A stretch of DNA of 64,000 nt, taken from positions 576,001 through 640,000 of the forward strand of contig CAVXYC010000020.1 in NCBI GenBank assembly GCA_963765765.1, written 5' to 3'. The notes beneath the pieces were generated by a model. That model saw only the letters and a list, made by a program, of their open reading frames with translations. It had not been told where the DNA came from and ran no database searches. A program made the position numbers and the translations under genes. This document shows, piece after piece, positions 1 through 10,923 of this stretch (position 1 is its first letter; every line of letters starts with the position of its first letter). Origin of the DNA: an uncultured Chloroflexia bacterium. Lineage in GTDB: Bacteria > Chloroflexota > UBA6077 > JACCZL01.

Positions 1-500
1 GCGAGAGTGCCTGGATGAGCTCCGAGGCGCGGGAGTAAGTCAAGCGATTATCGCGGTCGGCGACTGCGCCACACGTCTGAGCCTGGCGGAGCTAGCCTGC
101 GCGAAGGGGTTCAGTCTCATCAGGGCAATCCACCCGCGCGCGATCATCGCGACTGAAGCCAGCGTGGGTCCGGGCACGGTGGTCTGCGCTGGCGTGGTAG
201 TCAATCCCTGGGTAAGCATTGGGGCTAACGCTATCGTCAATACGTCTGCCAGTGTTGACCATGAGTGCTTGCTGGAGGACGGTGTGCATATTGGCCCGGG
301 CGCTCGACCTTGGCGGTCGCGTAGTTGTGGAGCGCGGGGCCTGGGTGGGTATCGGCGCCACCCTGAAGGATGGAGTGCGGATCGGGACGGGTTCGATTGT
401 CGGAGCGGGAGCGGTCGTACTCAACGACGTCCCAGCGGGCGTGGTTGCCTACGGCGCACCCGCGCGCGTCAAAAGGCAGCTATCCCCAGATGGCGGCTGA
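1..500 (+). CDS. Sugar O/N-acyltransferase, NeuD/PglD family (hexapeptide repeat); 5' end outside window; one frameshift near 308
   Basis: Frame 2 reads IIAVGD...IHPRAII...VNTSASVDHEC..HIGPGA; continues in ORF 219..500 as LGGRVVVERGAWVGIGA..IVGAGAVV..DVPAGVVAYGAPAR. Confidence 0.85.
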
Positions 501-501
501 G

Positions 502-1746
502 ATGCGGATTACCGATCTAGCCGTATTCGGCGGTGTGCCGCTGTTCGCCGAGCCGCTGCACGTCGGCCGTCCCAACCTGGGTGATCGTCAGCGCTTCCTC
601 GAGCGTGTGAACGATATGTTGGACCGTCGCTGGCTCTCGAACAACGGGCCCTACGTCCGGGAGCTCGAGGAGAGGATCGCAGACTATCTCGGCGTGGCGC
701 ACTGCGTGGCGGTCTGCAACGCCACGATCGGACTGGAGATCGCCATACGCGCCCTGGGCCTGAAGGGTGAGGTCATCGTTCCGTCTATGACCTTCGTGGC
801 TACCGCCCACGCCCTCCAGTGGCAGGACATCCGACCAATCTTCTGTGACGTCGACCCCGAGACCTACACGCTCGACCCGGTCCGTGCAGAGTCGTTGATC
901 GGACCAAGAACCACGGGTATCATCGGCGTCCATCTGTGGGGGCGAGTGTGCGACGTCGACCAGCTCCAGGCCGTCGCGGACCGGGATAGCCTGGGGCTGC
1001 TCTACGACGCGGCGCATGCGCTCGCGTGCGGTCACAGCGGCCGACTGGTCGGCGGATTTGGTGACGCCGAAGTGGTGAGCTTTCACGCGACGAAGTTCCT
1101 CAACTCGTTTGAGGGCGGCGCCATCCTGACGAACGATGAGGCCCTAGCGCAGACGATGCGCCTGATGGTGAACTTCGGCTTTGCCGGCTACGACGAGGTG
1201 GTTCACATTGGCACGAACGGCAAGATGCCCGAAGTCTCCGCGGCAATGGGACTCACGGCGCTGGAGTCAATCGACGAAATAATCGCCGTCAATCGCCGCA
1301 ACTACGACGTTTATGCCCGGGAGCTCGTCGAAATCCCGGGTCTAACCTTATTGTCCGTTCGTGCCGACGAGCCATCGAACTACCAGTACGTGGTCGCCCA
1401 GATCGACCGCACTGTGACCGGGATCTCTCGTGACGACGTGCTCGAGGCGTGCTGGGCCGAGAATGTGCTGGCCCGCCGCTACTTCTACCCTGGCTGCCAC
1501 AGAATGGAGCCTTACCGAACGCTCTACCCCGAGGCCGGCCGACGCTTGCCTATCACCGAGCGGGTTCTCGACGAGGTGCTGACCTTGCCGACGGGAACGG
1601 CTGTGACGGTCCAGGACGTCAGGCGTGTGAGCGCCTTGCTTCGCGCTCTCGCTACGTGCGGGCCAGAAGTCAGTCGTCGGCTTCACGAAAGACGATCCAG
1701 AGGTTTACGATCCTACTATCCTGGCTTAGCCCGGGCAAGGGGGTGA
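502..1746 (+). CDS. DegT/DnrJ/EryC1/StrS PLP aminotransferase (DesI/VioA-like NDP-4-keto-6-deoxyhexose aminotransferase)
   Basis: ATG at 502 right after upstream stop; motifs LLYDAAHA, SFHATKFLNSFEGG (PLP Lys), GTNGKM. Confidence 0.9.
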   Translation: MRITDLAVFGGVPLFAEPLHVGRPNLGDRQRFLERVNDMLDRRWLSNNGPYVRELEERIADYLGVAHCVAVCNATIGLEIAIRALGLKGEVIVPSMTFVATAHALQWQDIRPIFCDVDPETYTLDPVRAESLIGPRTTGIIGVHLWGRVCDVDQLQAVADRDSLGLLYDAAHALACGHSGRLVGGFGDAEVVSFHATKFLNSFEGGAILTNDEALAQTMRLMVNFGFAGYDEVVHIGTNGKMPEVSAAMGLTALESIDEIIAVNRRNYDVYARELVEIPGLTLLSVRADEPSNYQYVVAQIDRTVTGISRDDVLEACWAENVLARRYFYPGCHRMEPYRTLYPEAGRRLPITERVLDEVLTLPTGTAVTVQDVRRVSALLRALATCGPEVSRRLHERRSRGLRSYYPGLARARG

Positions 1747-2732
1747 CCCTGGTGTGTGCTGAGCCGGTCGTTAGCTTTATAGTCCCGACCTATAACGTCG
1801 CCAGATTCTTACCTGAGTGTCTGGAGAGTATTCTTGCGCAAACTTCGCCGGTGGATTACGAGATTGTCCTGATCGACGACGCGTCGACCGATCAGACGGA
1901 GCAGGTAGCCCGCTCGTTCACCGATTCGCGCATCCGCTACATCCGGCACGCCGAAAACAGAGGCCACGCGGTTACCATCAACGAGGCGATGAGACTGGCG
2001 CGTGGGGCCCTTATTGCCAGAATAGATTCGGATGATCGCTACCGCCCCGACTATTTAGCCCACGCGTTACCGATCTTCCAGGCGTATCCGAATGTGGGCG
2101 TCGTCTTCGGCAATGTCGTCCTGATCGATGAGCGCGGCTGTATCTCAGGAGAAGGGTCCGATCCAGGGCCGGTCAGGTCCGCGCAGCCGGGCAACGTGCT
2201 CGTTCGGCTACTCGAGAAGAACTTCATCTGCGCGGCGACGGTGATCGGTCGACGGGAGGCCTGGTTGACGACGCTTCCTGTGCCGGGGTGGCTGGCGTTC
2301 CATGATTGGTACTTCACAGTTCTAATGGCCCGCAGCTGGGAGTTCTACTACATGGATGCTGTCCTGGCTGATTACCGGGTGCACGGCGCCAATTATCACA
2401 CGACCATCGTGAAGAATCGCACCGAGGAGCCGTCGATTTTCTGGCTGCTGGATCAGGTGTTTAGTTCGACCGAGACCGATCTTGGCGTAGAGCTAGCCAA
2501 GCGGCAGGCTCGCCGAAGGATTTACGGGTGTCAGTATCTCACCCTGGCCGACAAGTACTTTGGTCTCCAGATGGACGAGGATGCTCGCCGCTGCTATCTC
2601 CGGGCAATTCTTTTTCAGCCGCGCTATGCTGCGCGACCGGATGTCGCTCGCCACCTGCTGGGAACGTTCATGGGGCGAGGGCGATACGAGCGGGGCAAGG
2701 CAGTGGCGAAGGCGATGCGGGCGCGAGGCTAG
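1743..2732 (+). CDS. Glycosyltransferase family 2
   Basis: GTGA overlap with upstream gene; VSFIVPTYN, IDDASTD, RIDSDD motifs. Confidence 0.9.
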   Translation: MTLVCAEPVVSFIVPTYNVARFLPECLESILAQTSPVDYEIVLIDDASTDQTEQVARSFTDSRIRYIRHAENRGHAVTINEAMRLARGALIARIDSDDRYRPDYLAHALPIFQAYPNVGVVFGNVVLIDERGCISGEGSDPGPVRSAQPGNVLVRLLEKNFICAATVIGRREAWLTTLPVPGWLAFHDWYFTVLMARSWEFYYMDAVLADYRVHGANYHTTIVKNRTEEPSIFWLLDQVFSSTETDLGVELAKRQARRRIYGCQYLTLADKYFGLQMDEDARRCYLRAILFQPRYAARPDVARHLLGTFMGRGRYERGKAVAKAMRARG

Positions 2733-2735
2733 CCC

Positions 2736-4121
2736 GTGAAGGTCGTTCATGTCCCGTACTGCTTCTACCCCGAGGCCGTCGGCGGTACGGAGATCTATGT
2801 CGAGTCCGTGGCGCGCGAGATGGCACAGGCGGGCGTCGAGATCATGATCGCGGCGCCAGGTCCACGCGACACCACCTACCAGCACGAGGACCTATTGGTG
2901 CGGCGCTTCGCTGTGGCACCTGAGGTCGGTGATCTGCGCGAGCTGTACGGAGTAGGGGATCCCGTGGCGGCGGACGCTTTCGGCCGTCTGCTCGACGATG
3001 AGCAGCCGGACGTCGTGCACCTGCACGCCCTGACGCGTGGCGTTTCGCTGCTTTTGGTACGCGAGACGAAGCGCCGAGGGATTCCAGTCGTCTTCACCTA
3101 CCACACGCCGACGGTCTCCTGTCAGCGTGGCACTCTGCTGCGCTGGGGCAACGAGATGTGTGACGGTGTCCTCGATGTCAGCCGCTGTGCGGGCTGCACG
3201 CTTCACGGCCTGGGCGTGGGTCGGCCAGCGAGCATGCTGCTCGGGCGCCTGCCCCCGCCCCTCGGGCGCATCGCTGGCCGTGCCGGTCTGTCAGGCGGGG
3301 CCTGGACGGCAGTGCGTATGACCGAGCTGATCGAGCTACGACACGACGCGTTTCGCGCAGTCATGGCGGAGGTCGATAGTGTGGTCGTCCTCTGCGAATG
3401 GACCGCGGGACTGCTTCGGAATAATGGCGTCAAGACGCAGAGCATCACAATTTCGCGTCACGGTTTGCCACGGCCAAAGCCAGACACTGCCGAAACCACG
3501 TGGGGCATCCCCCAGGGAGACAGTAGACCTCTCCGCATTGCGTTTCTCGGCAGGCTACATCCGATTAAGGGCCCTGATCTCTTGATCCGGGCACTGCGCC
3601 GGTTGCCCGAGGCGCCCGCGGAGCTCCACCTGTACGGAATCGTTCAGGACCCCGCGGCGGCCGCTTACCTCCGCCACCTCCAGCGGATAGCGGGAGCCGA
3701 TCCGAGAATCGTCTTTCTGGAACCGGTCCGTAACCAGGAGATTGGCGCGCTGTTGCGTCGCTACCACGTGCTGGCAGTGCCATCGCGGTGGTTAGAGACG
3801 GGGCCACTTGTGGTCCTGGAAGCATTTGGCGCGGGAGTTCCGGTAGTCGGGTCTGACCTGGGTGGTATCAGCGAGCTGGTTTGTAACGGAGTCAATGGAT
3901 TACTCGTGAAATCGCCTACGGACCGGGACTGGGAGCGAATTCTTCGTCGTCTGCTGGAGGAGCCTGCTCTGCTCTCACGCCTACAATCCGGGGTTCTACC
4001 GCCTCGGACCATGACGGAAGTTGCCGCCGAGCTGCTCACGGTTTACGAAGTAGCCAGGAACCGGTCTGCCAGATCCTGGCAGGGGCCGGTTGCCGTAACG
4101 GGTTCAGATGCCTCCGATTGA
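2736..4121 (+). CDS. Glycosyltransferase family 4 (GT-B)
   Basis: GGTEIY, FLGRLHPIKG, PSRWLETGPLVVLEA motifs; Cys-containing insert (CQRG..C..C..C). Confidence 0.9.
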   Translation: MKVVHVPYCFYPEAVGGTEIYVESVAREMAQAGVEIMIAAPGPRDTTYQHEDLLVRRFAVAPEVGDLRELYGVGDPVAADAFGRLLDDEQPDVVHLHALTRGVSLLLVRETKRRGIPVVFTYHTPTVSCQRGTLLRWGNEMCDGVLDVSRCAGCTLHGLGVGRPASMLLGRLPPPLGRIAGRAGLSGGAWTAVRMTELIELRHDAFRAVMAEVDSVVVLCEWTAGLLRNNGVKTQSITISRHGLPRPKPDTAETTWGIPQGDSRPLRIAFLGRLHPIKGPDLLIRALRRLPEAPAELHLYGIVQDPAAAAYLRHLQRIAGADPRIVFLEPVRNQEIGALLRRYHVLAVPSRWLETGPLVVLEAFGAGVPVVGSDLGGISELVCNGVNGLLVKSPTDRDWERILRRLLEEPALLSRLQSGVLPPRTMTEVAAELLTVYEVARNRSARSWQGPVAVTGSDASD

Positions 4122-4157
4122 GCGCCGCTGTCTGGGCGCGACTCGGAAACCGGTGCA

Positions 4158-5088
4158 GTGATTTACTGCCACGCCGACCTGCCACCAACGGGGCTCGGAA
4201 ATCGACTGTTCCCATTCGCTCGCGCACGAATCTACTCGGCCAGGCACCAGCTCCCGCTGCTCGCGCCGACCTGGGCCAGGTTTCGACCCGGTCCATTTCT
4301 CCGTCGTGAACGGGATCTCCGAACCTATCACAACCTGTTTCGGCGAGTCGACACTCAACTGGATTGGTCGATGGGGCTGTGGATCCGCCTAACGGCGCGC
4401 AAGATCAGTGAGCCGGCTGAACCTCGGACTGCCGCCCGACCCGGCCTGGAGACGTGGCCGGGACGCACTGGTAGTCTTCAAAGGCCCGGGCGAATACTTC
4501 CGCCCGCTCTATGGCTGTCACGAGTTGATCAATCAAGAGCTCGAGGCCAGGGTTCGGCCGCGCTGGCGCATAGCGGCCGCTGAGGCCAGCCGGGGTCGGC
4601 CGATCGGGGTCCACGTACGACGCGGTGACTTTGGCACTGCCCGATCGGCCTCGGACTTCGTGACCAGCGGTAATCTCCGAACGCCGATTGAGTGGTTTGC
4701 GGCCACACTCGACCACGTGCGTGCAGTCATTGGGTCGGACGTCCCAGCTTTTGTTGTGTCAGATGGCCCGCGGAGCGACCTGGAAGCGCTACTTCGCCGG
4801 CCATCCGTAGCATTCGCCAGGACAGGCTCCGCAATCGGAGACCTTCTGGCGTTGTCCAGGTCGCGGCTATTGATTGCGTCTGGCGGCAGCACCTTCAGCG
4901 CCTGGGCAGCGTATTTAGGACAGATGCCCACCCTCACCATCCCGGGCCAGCCACTGAGCTGGTACAAGCTCCGAAACTGCAACGGTTACTATGTCGGGGA
5001 GTTCGACCCATGCGCGCCGCTGCCTCCGGAGCTTCGCCCGCAACTGACGTCGCTCTCTAAATCGCTGGACAGTTCTCACGAACTGTAG
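4158..5088 (+). CDS. Alpha-1,2-fucosyltransferase-like, GT11 family; frameshift near 4420
   Basis: N-part GLGNRLF (ORF 4158..4583) plus C-part IGVHVRRGDF, FVVSD, STFSAWAAYL (ORF 4408..5088), the canonical GT11 motifs. Confidence 0.8.
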
Positions 5089-5416
5089 ATAGCTGCACTA
5101 GCCGGTAATGAAGCCGAGACAAACACGCTTGACCCGTATGGGGCGAGGAATCAGCGGTCGGCAGACACGAGCCGAGTCTGGGCCTCGGCGAGGCTTTCGC
5201 GTCCCGCACACAATTTCGGATACCTACCCGCTGGAGCCACTGTTCGCCGATGCCCTGCGAGACAAACGGGAAGCCCATCATTTCAACGACTGCAGGCCTC
5301 GGAGTGCACGTTTCAGCGTTGACAAGCATCGGCAACCGACGAATTCATCTATTGGTGGACGTACGATACGGGACAGTCGTCGGATCTATCCGCTCCCGAC
5401 ACCTGGACCCTACCGG

Positions 5417-6177
5417 ATGAGTGGGAAGATGTCTCCATTGTCGAGCATCAAGAATGCGCTGGTGCCACACGGAAAGCGACCGCGACGGATTGTCAGTGGG
5501 ATCTTGAAGGGAGCCGTCCTTCAGATCGATCTGACTTGCCAATCACAGCTCTACCTCGGGCTCATGGAACGAGAGCTCCATCCATGGTTCGCCCGGTTAT
5601 CTAAGGGAATTGTATCAGCTATCGACATTGGAGCATCTGAGGGGATATATAGCATTTATTTTCTATTAAGGACGAGCGCTACTGAGATATTCATCTTCGA
5701 GCCGGATGATCAAGAACGAGAATACCTGGAAAGCAATCTATCTCTCAATCATATCCTACGGGATAGTCGCGTGATCTTGTCCGATAAGTTTGTGGGCATA
5801 GAAACCTCGGAATGCAATGTATCATTAGATAGTTTTAATAGTGAATTCAAAACGCCATGCCTCGTGAAGATCGATATCGAGGGGTTTGAAACCGATGCGC
5901 TTATGGGTGCATCACACCTGCTCCGATCAGACGACACCCGGTGGATCATCGAGGTCCATTCCCCCGAACAGGAAGAAAATTGTAGACGCCTGCTTTCAGC
6001 CCATGGTTACCAGACGCGGATAGTTTCGAAGGCCTGGTGGAGGTAATTATTCCGGAGCTCCGCCCGCGCGGCCACGTCCGTTGGCTGGTCGCTGCTCGTC
6101 AGGGCGTTGCCAACCCAGACACAAGGCCATTGCGAGCCCTTCTGCACGCCGGCCGCCCTGCCCGGACCGCGTCGTGA
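5417..6177 (+). CDS. FkbM-family SAM-dependent methyltransferase; probable frameshift at ~6043
   Basis: IDIGASEGIY, FEPD, VKIDIEGFE, IIEVH; adding one G after WWR gives VIIPELRP..WLVA ending at TGA 6175-6177, overlapping the next start. Confidence 0.8.
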
Positions 6178-7370
6178 GTGTGTGGGGCAGGACGGACGGT
6201 CACTGCCCTGGTCCGGTTCGTGTTCTATTTCTGCAGTTCACCAATCCTGCTGCCTATCCACCGCTGGAGCACGCGTCACGCATACTGGCAAAGGCCGGCG
6301 CGAGGGCGATGTTTCTGGGTACCCGGGCACTGGGTGCGGATGGCCTGGGATTTCCGCCGCACCAGAACATCATCGTTCGGCGGATGCCGTTCTGTCGGCC
6401 AGGATGGCGTCAGAAACTCCATTACGTCCACTTCTGCCTCTGGGCGCTCGTGTGGACGCTTCGCTGGCGCCCACGCTGGTTGTATGCATCAGATCTGCTC
6501 GCCTGTCCGTCCGCTCTCCTGCTGAGCTTCCTACCTGGCTTGCGAGTGCTGTATCACGAGCATGACTCGCCCGATCCAAACCCGGCAAGCGCTTTCTTAG
6601 GATGGTGTCTGGCGGCTCGCCAGGTTCTGGGTCAGCGCGCCGAGATATGCATTCTGCCTAACCGGGAGCGCGCGGATCGGTTCGCCACGCAGGTAGGTAG
6701 CGGAGCTCGGATACAGTGCGTCTGGAATTGCCCGCGTCGCGAGGAGGTCGATCTGGTACCTGCTACCCAGACGAGCGACGATCTGCTACTGCATTATCAC
6801 GGGTCCATCGTCCCATCCCGGCTGCCATCTACAGTGCTCAGTGCCATGACGCTGCTACCGGACTCGGTGAAGCTCCAGGTGGTGGGGTACGAAACAACCG
6901 GTCACCTGGGATACGTGCAGGAGCTGGAACAGTTCGCCTGCAGGGCCGGAATTGCGGGGCGAGTTCGCTTCGAGCCACCGGTGTCACGTCACCTGCTCCT
7001 GGCAAAGTGTCGGAGCGCCAACGTGGGCATCTCGCTTATGCCAAAGCGTACCCAGGATATCAATCTCCAACATATGGTTGGGGCATCGAATAAGCCCTTC
7101 GACTATCTCGCCTGCGGACTCGCCCTCTTAGTCTCCGACCTCCCGGATTGGCAAGCAACGTACGTAGGACCCGGCTACGGCCTTGCCTGCGATCCGGATG
7201 ATCCGGAGAGCATCGCCGCGGCGCTCCGCTGGTACCTGGACAACCGCGACGCTGGGCGCTCGATGGGTGAAAGGGGGCGCTTGCGGATCGCGGCGGATTG
7301 GAACTACGAGACACAGTTTGCCCCGGCGAGCAGAGTGCTACAACGGTCCCGGTGGTCACACTCATGTTGA
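6174..7370 (+). CDS. Glycosyltransferase family 4
   Basis: GTG at 6174 in ORF 6081..7370; YHEHD, SNKPFDYLACGL, WNYE motifs. Confidence 0.85.
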   Translation: MSVWGRTDGHCPGPVRVLFLQFTNPAAYPPLEHASRILAKAGARAMFLGTRALGADGLGFPPHQNIIVRRMPFCRPGWRQKLHYVHFCLWALVWTLRWRPRWLYASDLLACPSALLLSFLPGLRVLYHEHDSPDPNPASAFLGWCLAARQVLGQRAEICILPNRERADRFATQVGSGARIQCVWNCPRREEVDLVPATQTSDDLLLHYHGSIVPSRLPSTVLSAMTLLPDSVKLQVVGYETTGHLGYVQELEQFACRAGIAGRVRFEPPVSRHLLLAKCRSANVGISLMPKRTQDINLQHMVGASNKPFDYLACGLALLVSDLPDWQATYVGPGYGLACDPDDPESIAAALRWYLDNRDAGRSMGERGRLRIAADWNYETQFAPASRVLQRSRWSHSC

Positions 7371-7584
7371 TCACGCCCGAGTCCCATGCGCGCTGGCGTC
7401 CGTGGAAAAGATCTCGACCGTCATTCGTGCGCATTCTTCGTGGTGCGCCTCCGCTCCGCCGACTGGTATCCCGCGCGCGCTCCGTTGTATCTCGAGTCCG
7501 TGCAACGCGTCTTATCGCTTGCCATCAGTTTCAAGCCGCGCCTGATCCTCGCACCCCCGCCCAATCACAGACTGCCTTGCACGA

Positions 7585-8532
7585 GTGAGTACGAACCCTG
7601 CCATCTCAGTCCTCTTGCCCGCGTTCAACGGAGGAGCCTACCTTCGTGAATGCATTGACTCTGTCCGATCTCAAACGCTAGCTAGCTTCGAATTGCTTGT
7701 CGGCGATGATGCATCTACGGACGATACGTCACGGATCATTCAAAGCATCCATGACGAGCGGTTGCGATACTATCATCGCTCCAAAAACATCGGGCTCTTC
7801 CAAAATTTGAACGATCTTGTCTTGAAAGCTCGTGCGCCATTAGTCCACTTTCTCTGTCAGGACGATATTCTTATGCCAGAGTGCCTCCTGGCGGAGGTAA
7901 GATTTTTCAAGACTAATCCATCTATAGGAATGGCATTCTGTAAATCGATCAATATCTCGGACCATGGATGCGAAACCGGTCGCGGCGACCTGTTTGACCT
8001 TCCGTCCGTCCTGCGCCCTGATTCCACGCTGCAGCTTCTCTACTATTTTGGCTGTATACCCGGTAGCTTATCGACAGTATGTGCCAGATCCGATCCCATA
8101 AAAGCGGTCGGGCCATTTAACGAGTCTTACCAGGTGTCAGCCGACTACGACATGTGGATGCGCCTATGCTCCCGTCGTTCGCTGGGCGTGATTCATGAGC
8201 ACCTGGTCAGGCTGAGGCAGCATGACAGGCAGCTCAGCAGGGCGCGGGGGTCGGGGCTGAGATTTATCATTGAGAACCGGATGATCCGGTCCGAAATCCA
8301 CCGTCAGATGCCGGAGGAAGTCAAGCGATATTCACGGTGCTACAGTCTGATGCGGCACAGTGTACTTGACGTGCACTTTGCTTTTTCCTGTTTGCTGCGT
8401 CTCAGGTGGAAGGACTTTCGCGGGATCGTGCGTGCGATGGGGATCCGAGAGTTTGCAGTAGCCACTGTTTTCTGGCTTGCCACGGTGAACAATCGTTTGT
8501 ACAGACCGCGGGCGAAGTTTTCTGGTCTTTGA
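7585..8532 (+). CDS. Glycosyltransferase family 2
   Basis: ISVLLPAFN, GDDASTD, FLCQDD, ADYDMW motifs. Confidence 0.9.
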   Translation: MSTNPAISVLLPAFNGGAYLRECIDSVRSQTLASFELLVGDDASTDDTSRIIQSIHDERLRYYHRSKNIGLFQNLNDLVLKARAPLVHFLCQDDILMPECLLAEVRFFKTNPSIGMAFCKSINISDHGCETGRGDLFDLPSVLRPDSTLQLLYYFGCIPGSLSTVCARSDPIKAVGPFNESYQVSADYDMWMRLCSRRSLGVIHEHLVRLRQHDRQLSRARGSGLRFIIENRMIRSEIHRQMPEEVKRYSRCYSLMRHSVLDVHFAFSCLLRLRWKDFRGIVRAMGIREFAVATVFWLATVNNRLYRPRAKFSGL

Positions 8533-8614
8533 TGGAACGCGAACTTCCCTTTGCCGTGTCAACGCTGCTCGGCGGGGCGATCAGGTCCTCAGAACGCGCG
8601 AGACGAACACGTCC

Positions 8615-9853
8615 ATGATCGTTCCACCGGAATCGCATCGGGAGCGGGGCGGTGTGAGCAAGCAGTTGCAGCGACGCGATGGGCTTGCCGTTATCGAGAC
8701 ACACCCAATCCAGTACCACGCGCCTGTCTACCGTACCCTCCAGCAGAAGTTCGAAGTTCCAGTGACGGCGATCTATGGGTCTGATTTCAGCGTCGCCGGT
8801 TATGCCGACGAGGAATTTGGGGCGCGTTTTGCGTGGGACACGGACCTACTGTCCGGATACAGCGCTGTGTTTCTTTCTCGAGTATCCGACGGCGGCGCCA
8901 CTTCCGCGCGGCAGGTGAGTGCACAGGGCCTCGGTCAGGCGCTGCGGCAAGCCAGACCTGGCACTGTGCTGCTGACCGGCTACAGCCCTCGATTCCACCA
9001 GGTGGCCTTCCTCACGATCTGGCGTGCAGGGTATCCGATTCTTTTTCGAGGTGAGACAACCGACCACGCTCGCACGCGCGGTTTCGCGAAGGCCTGGCTA
9101 CGAGATCGCGCGCTTCAGGTGCTGTATCGGCGCTGCGCCGCGTTACTCCACGTCGGCCAACGCTCGTACGCGCACCTGCGTCGGCTCGGTCGCGCCGACC
9201 AGCTCCCAGTGTCCTCTCCGTACTGCGTCGACACCAGCCCCTTCCAGACGTGCGAGGACGCGCGTGCTCGCCTGCGGCCGGCGACACGCGAGCAGCTCCG
9301 CATTGGAGAATCGGACACAGTCATCCTATTCTCTGGAAAGCTCAGCCCGCGGAAAGGCCCTCGAATCCTGCTCGAAGCGCTGAAGCTACTGCCGCCAGAA
9401 CTGCGGGAACGCATGGTTGTTGTGTTCCTCGGCGACGGCGAGCTGAAAGGCGAGCTGGAGCATCTGGGGCGAGTAGATCCCCGCATTAAGCTCCGCTTCC
9501 TCGGCTTCCAGAACCAGACCCAGTTGAGCCGGTATTACCACGCCTCCGACTTACTGGTGCTGTCAAGCACGCACTCCGAGACATGGGGACTGGTGGTAAA
9601 CGAGGCGCTGCATCATGGCATTCCGTGCGTTGTCTCCGAGGCGGTGGGCTGCGCGCCCGATCTCGTCGAACCCGGAGTCACTGGCGAGGTCGCCCGGGCC
9701 GGGTCGGCATCTGACCTCTGCTCGGCAATCCAGCGAGCGATACCGCTGACCGGGAGATTGGAAATTCGCGAAGCGTGTCGTCGAAAGGCGAGCGATTACA
9801 GCGTGGAAAAAGCCGCGGAGGGAATCGCGCGAGCTTACTGGGCAGTCAAGTGA
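8615..9853 (+). CDS. Glycosyltransferase family 4 (start may be GTG 8654)
   Basis: THPIQYHAP, FSGKLSPRKG, ETWGLVVNEA motifs. Confidence 0.9.
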   Translation: MIVPPESHRERGGVSKQLQRRDGLAVIETHPIQYHAPVYRTLQQKFEVPVTAIYGSDFSVAGYADEEFGARFAWDTDLLSGYSAVFLSRVSDGGATSARQVSAQGLGQALRQARPGTVLLTGYSPRFHQVAFLTIWRAGYPILFRGETTDHARTRGFAKAWLRDRALQVLYRRCAALLHVGQRSYAHLRRLGRADQLPVSSPYCVDTSPFQTCEDARARLRPATREQLRIGESDTVILFSGKLSPRKGPRILLEALKLLPPELRERMVVVFLGDGELKGELEHLGRVDPRIKLRFLGFQNQTQLSRYYHASDLLVLSSTHSETWGLVVNEALHHGIPCVVSEAVGCAPDLVEPGVTGEVARAGSASDLCSAIQRAIPLTGRLEIREACRRKASDYSVEKAAEGIARAYWAVK

Positions 9854-10923
9854 GACAATCAACGCGGCTCGTCCTTCATCAGGAAGTGGAGCCATCGGTA
9901 CGCTCTTCAATTCTCCTGGTGGGCGATCCCGGCATCGTTCACGTGGGGGCGCATCTCCACCGGGCAGCAGCAGACCTTGGCCTGCGGCAGGAGTTCGTCC
10001 ATTCCACCGAGGCCTTTGCTGGCTCGGTCCTTCGCTCTAAGCTCAATTGGTGGCTGCGTGGCCACCGTCCGCCCCGCCTGCGAGAGTTCGGCAAGAGGGT
10101 CGCTGCATTGTGCGAGTCACTTCGACCGGATTATCTGATTGCAACGGGGCTCGCACCGCTCGATGCCCAGGCCCTGGCCGCTATTGGTGAGCTTGGGACG
10201 CGACGCCTTAACTACCTTACCGACGACCCCTGGAACCCAGCCCACCATGCGTCCTGGTTCCTGGAAGCGCTTGCCGCGTACGACCATGTGTTCTCCCCTC
10301 GCCGGGCGAACCTAGACGATCTGCGCAATGTCGGAGGTCCGAGAGTCTCCTATCTCCCTTTCGCGTACGCCCCGGAGCTTCACTTCCCGGAGCGACAAAT
10401 CTCCGATGAGCAGCGCCCCAGTCTCGATTTTGACATCGTGTTCGCGGGTGGAGCCGATCGCGATCGGGTACCATACGTCGCGGCCTTGATCAATGCGGGG
10501 TTCAAGGTAGGCCTCTATGGGGGCTATTGGGAGCGTTTTACCGAGACGCGGAGCGCCAGCCGCGGCCATGCGGATCCTCCTACGCTCCGCAAGGCAATCG
10601 ACGGAGCAAAGGTGGCGCTCTGCCTGGTACGCAGGGCCAACAGGGATGGTCACGCGATGCGCACCTTTGAGGTCGCCGCCATGGGCGGTTGTATGCTGAC
10701 CGAGGAAACGGACGAGCATCGCGATATCTTCGGCCCGGACTGCGCGGCGGTGGTCTATTTCAACGGAATCGGCGAGATGCTCGAGAAACTGCGCTGGCTG
10801 CTTGAGCACGATGAAGAGCGCCGGTGCCTAGCACATGCCGCGCACACGCTCGTCACTCGGGGTGGACACACCTACGGCAAGCGCGTGGAGGAAATGCTGC
10901 GGTTAGCTGACGCGAGCGCATGA
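9850..10923 (+). CDS. CgeB-family / Glyco_trans_1_2 glycosyltransferase
   Basis: GTGA overlap at 9850; TDDP, DIVFAGGADRDR, MRTFEVAAMGG, HTY motifs. Confidence 0.8.
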   Translation: MRQSTRLVLHQEVEPSVRSSILLVGDPGIVHVGAHLHRAAADLGLRQEFVHSTEAFAGSVLRSKLNWWLRGHRPPRLREFGKRVAALCESLRPDYLIATGLAPLDAQALAAIGELGTRRLNYLTDDPWNPAHHASWFLEALAAYDHVFSPRRANLDDLRNVGGPRVSYLPFAYAPELHFPERQISDEQRPSLDFDIVFAGGADRDRVPYVAALINAGFKVGLYGGYWERFTETRSASRGHADPPTLRKAIDGAKVALCLVRRANRDGHAMRTFEVAAMGGCMLTEETDEHRDIFGPDCAAVVYFNGIGEMLEKLRWLLEHDEERRCLAHAAHTLVTRGGHTYGKRVEEMLRLADASA

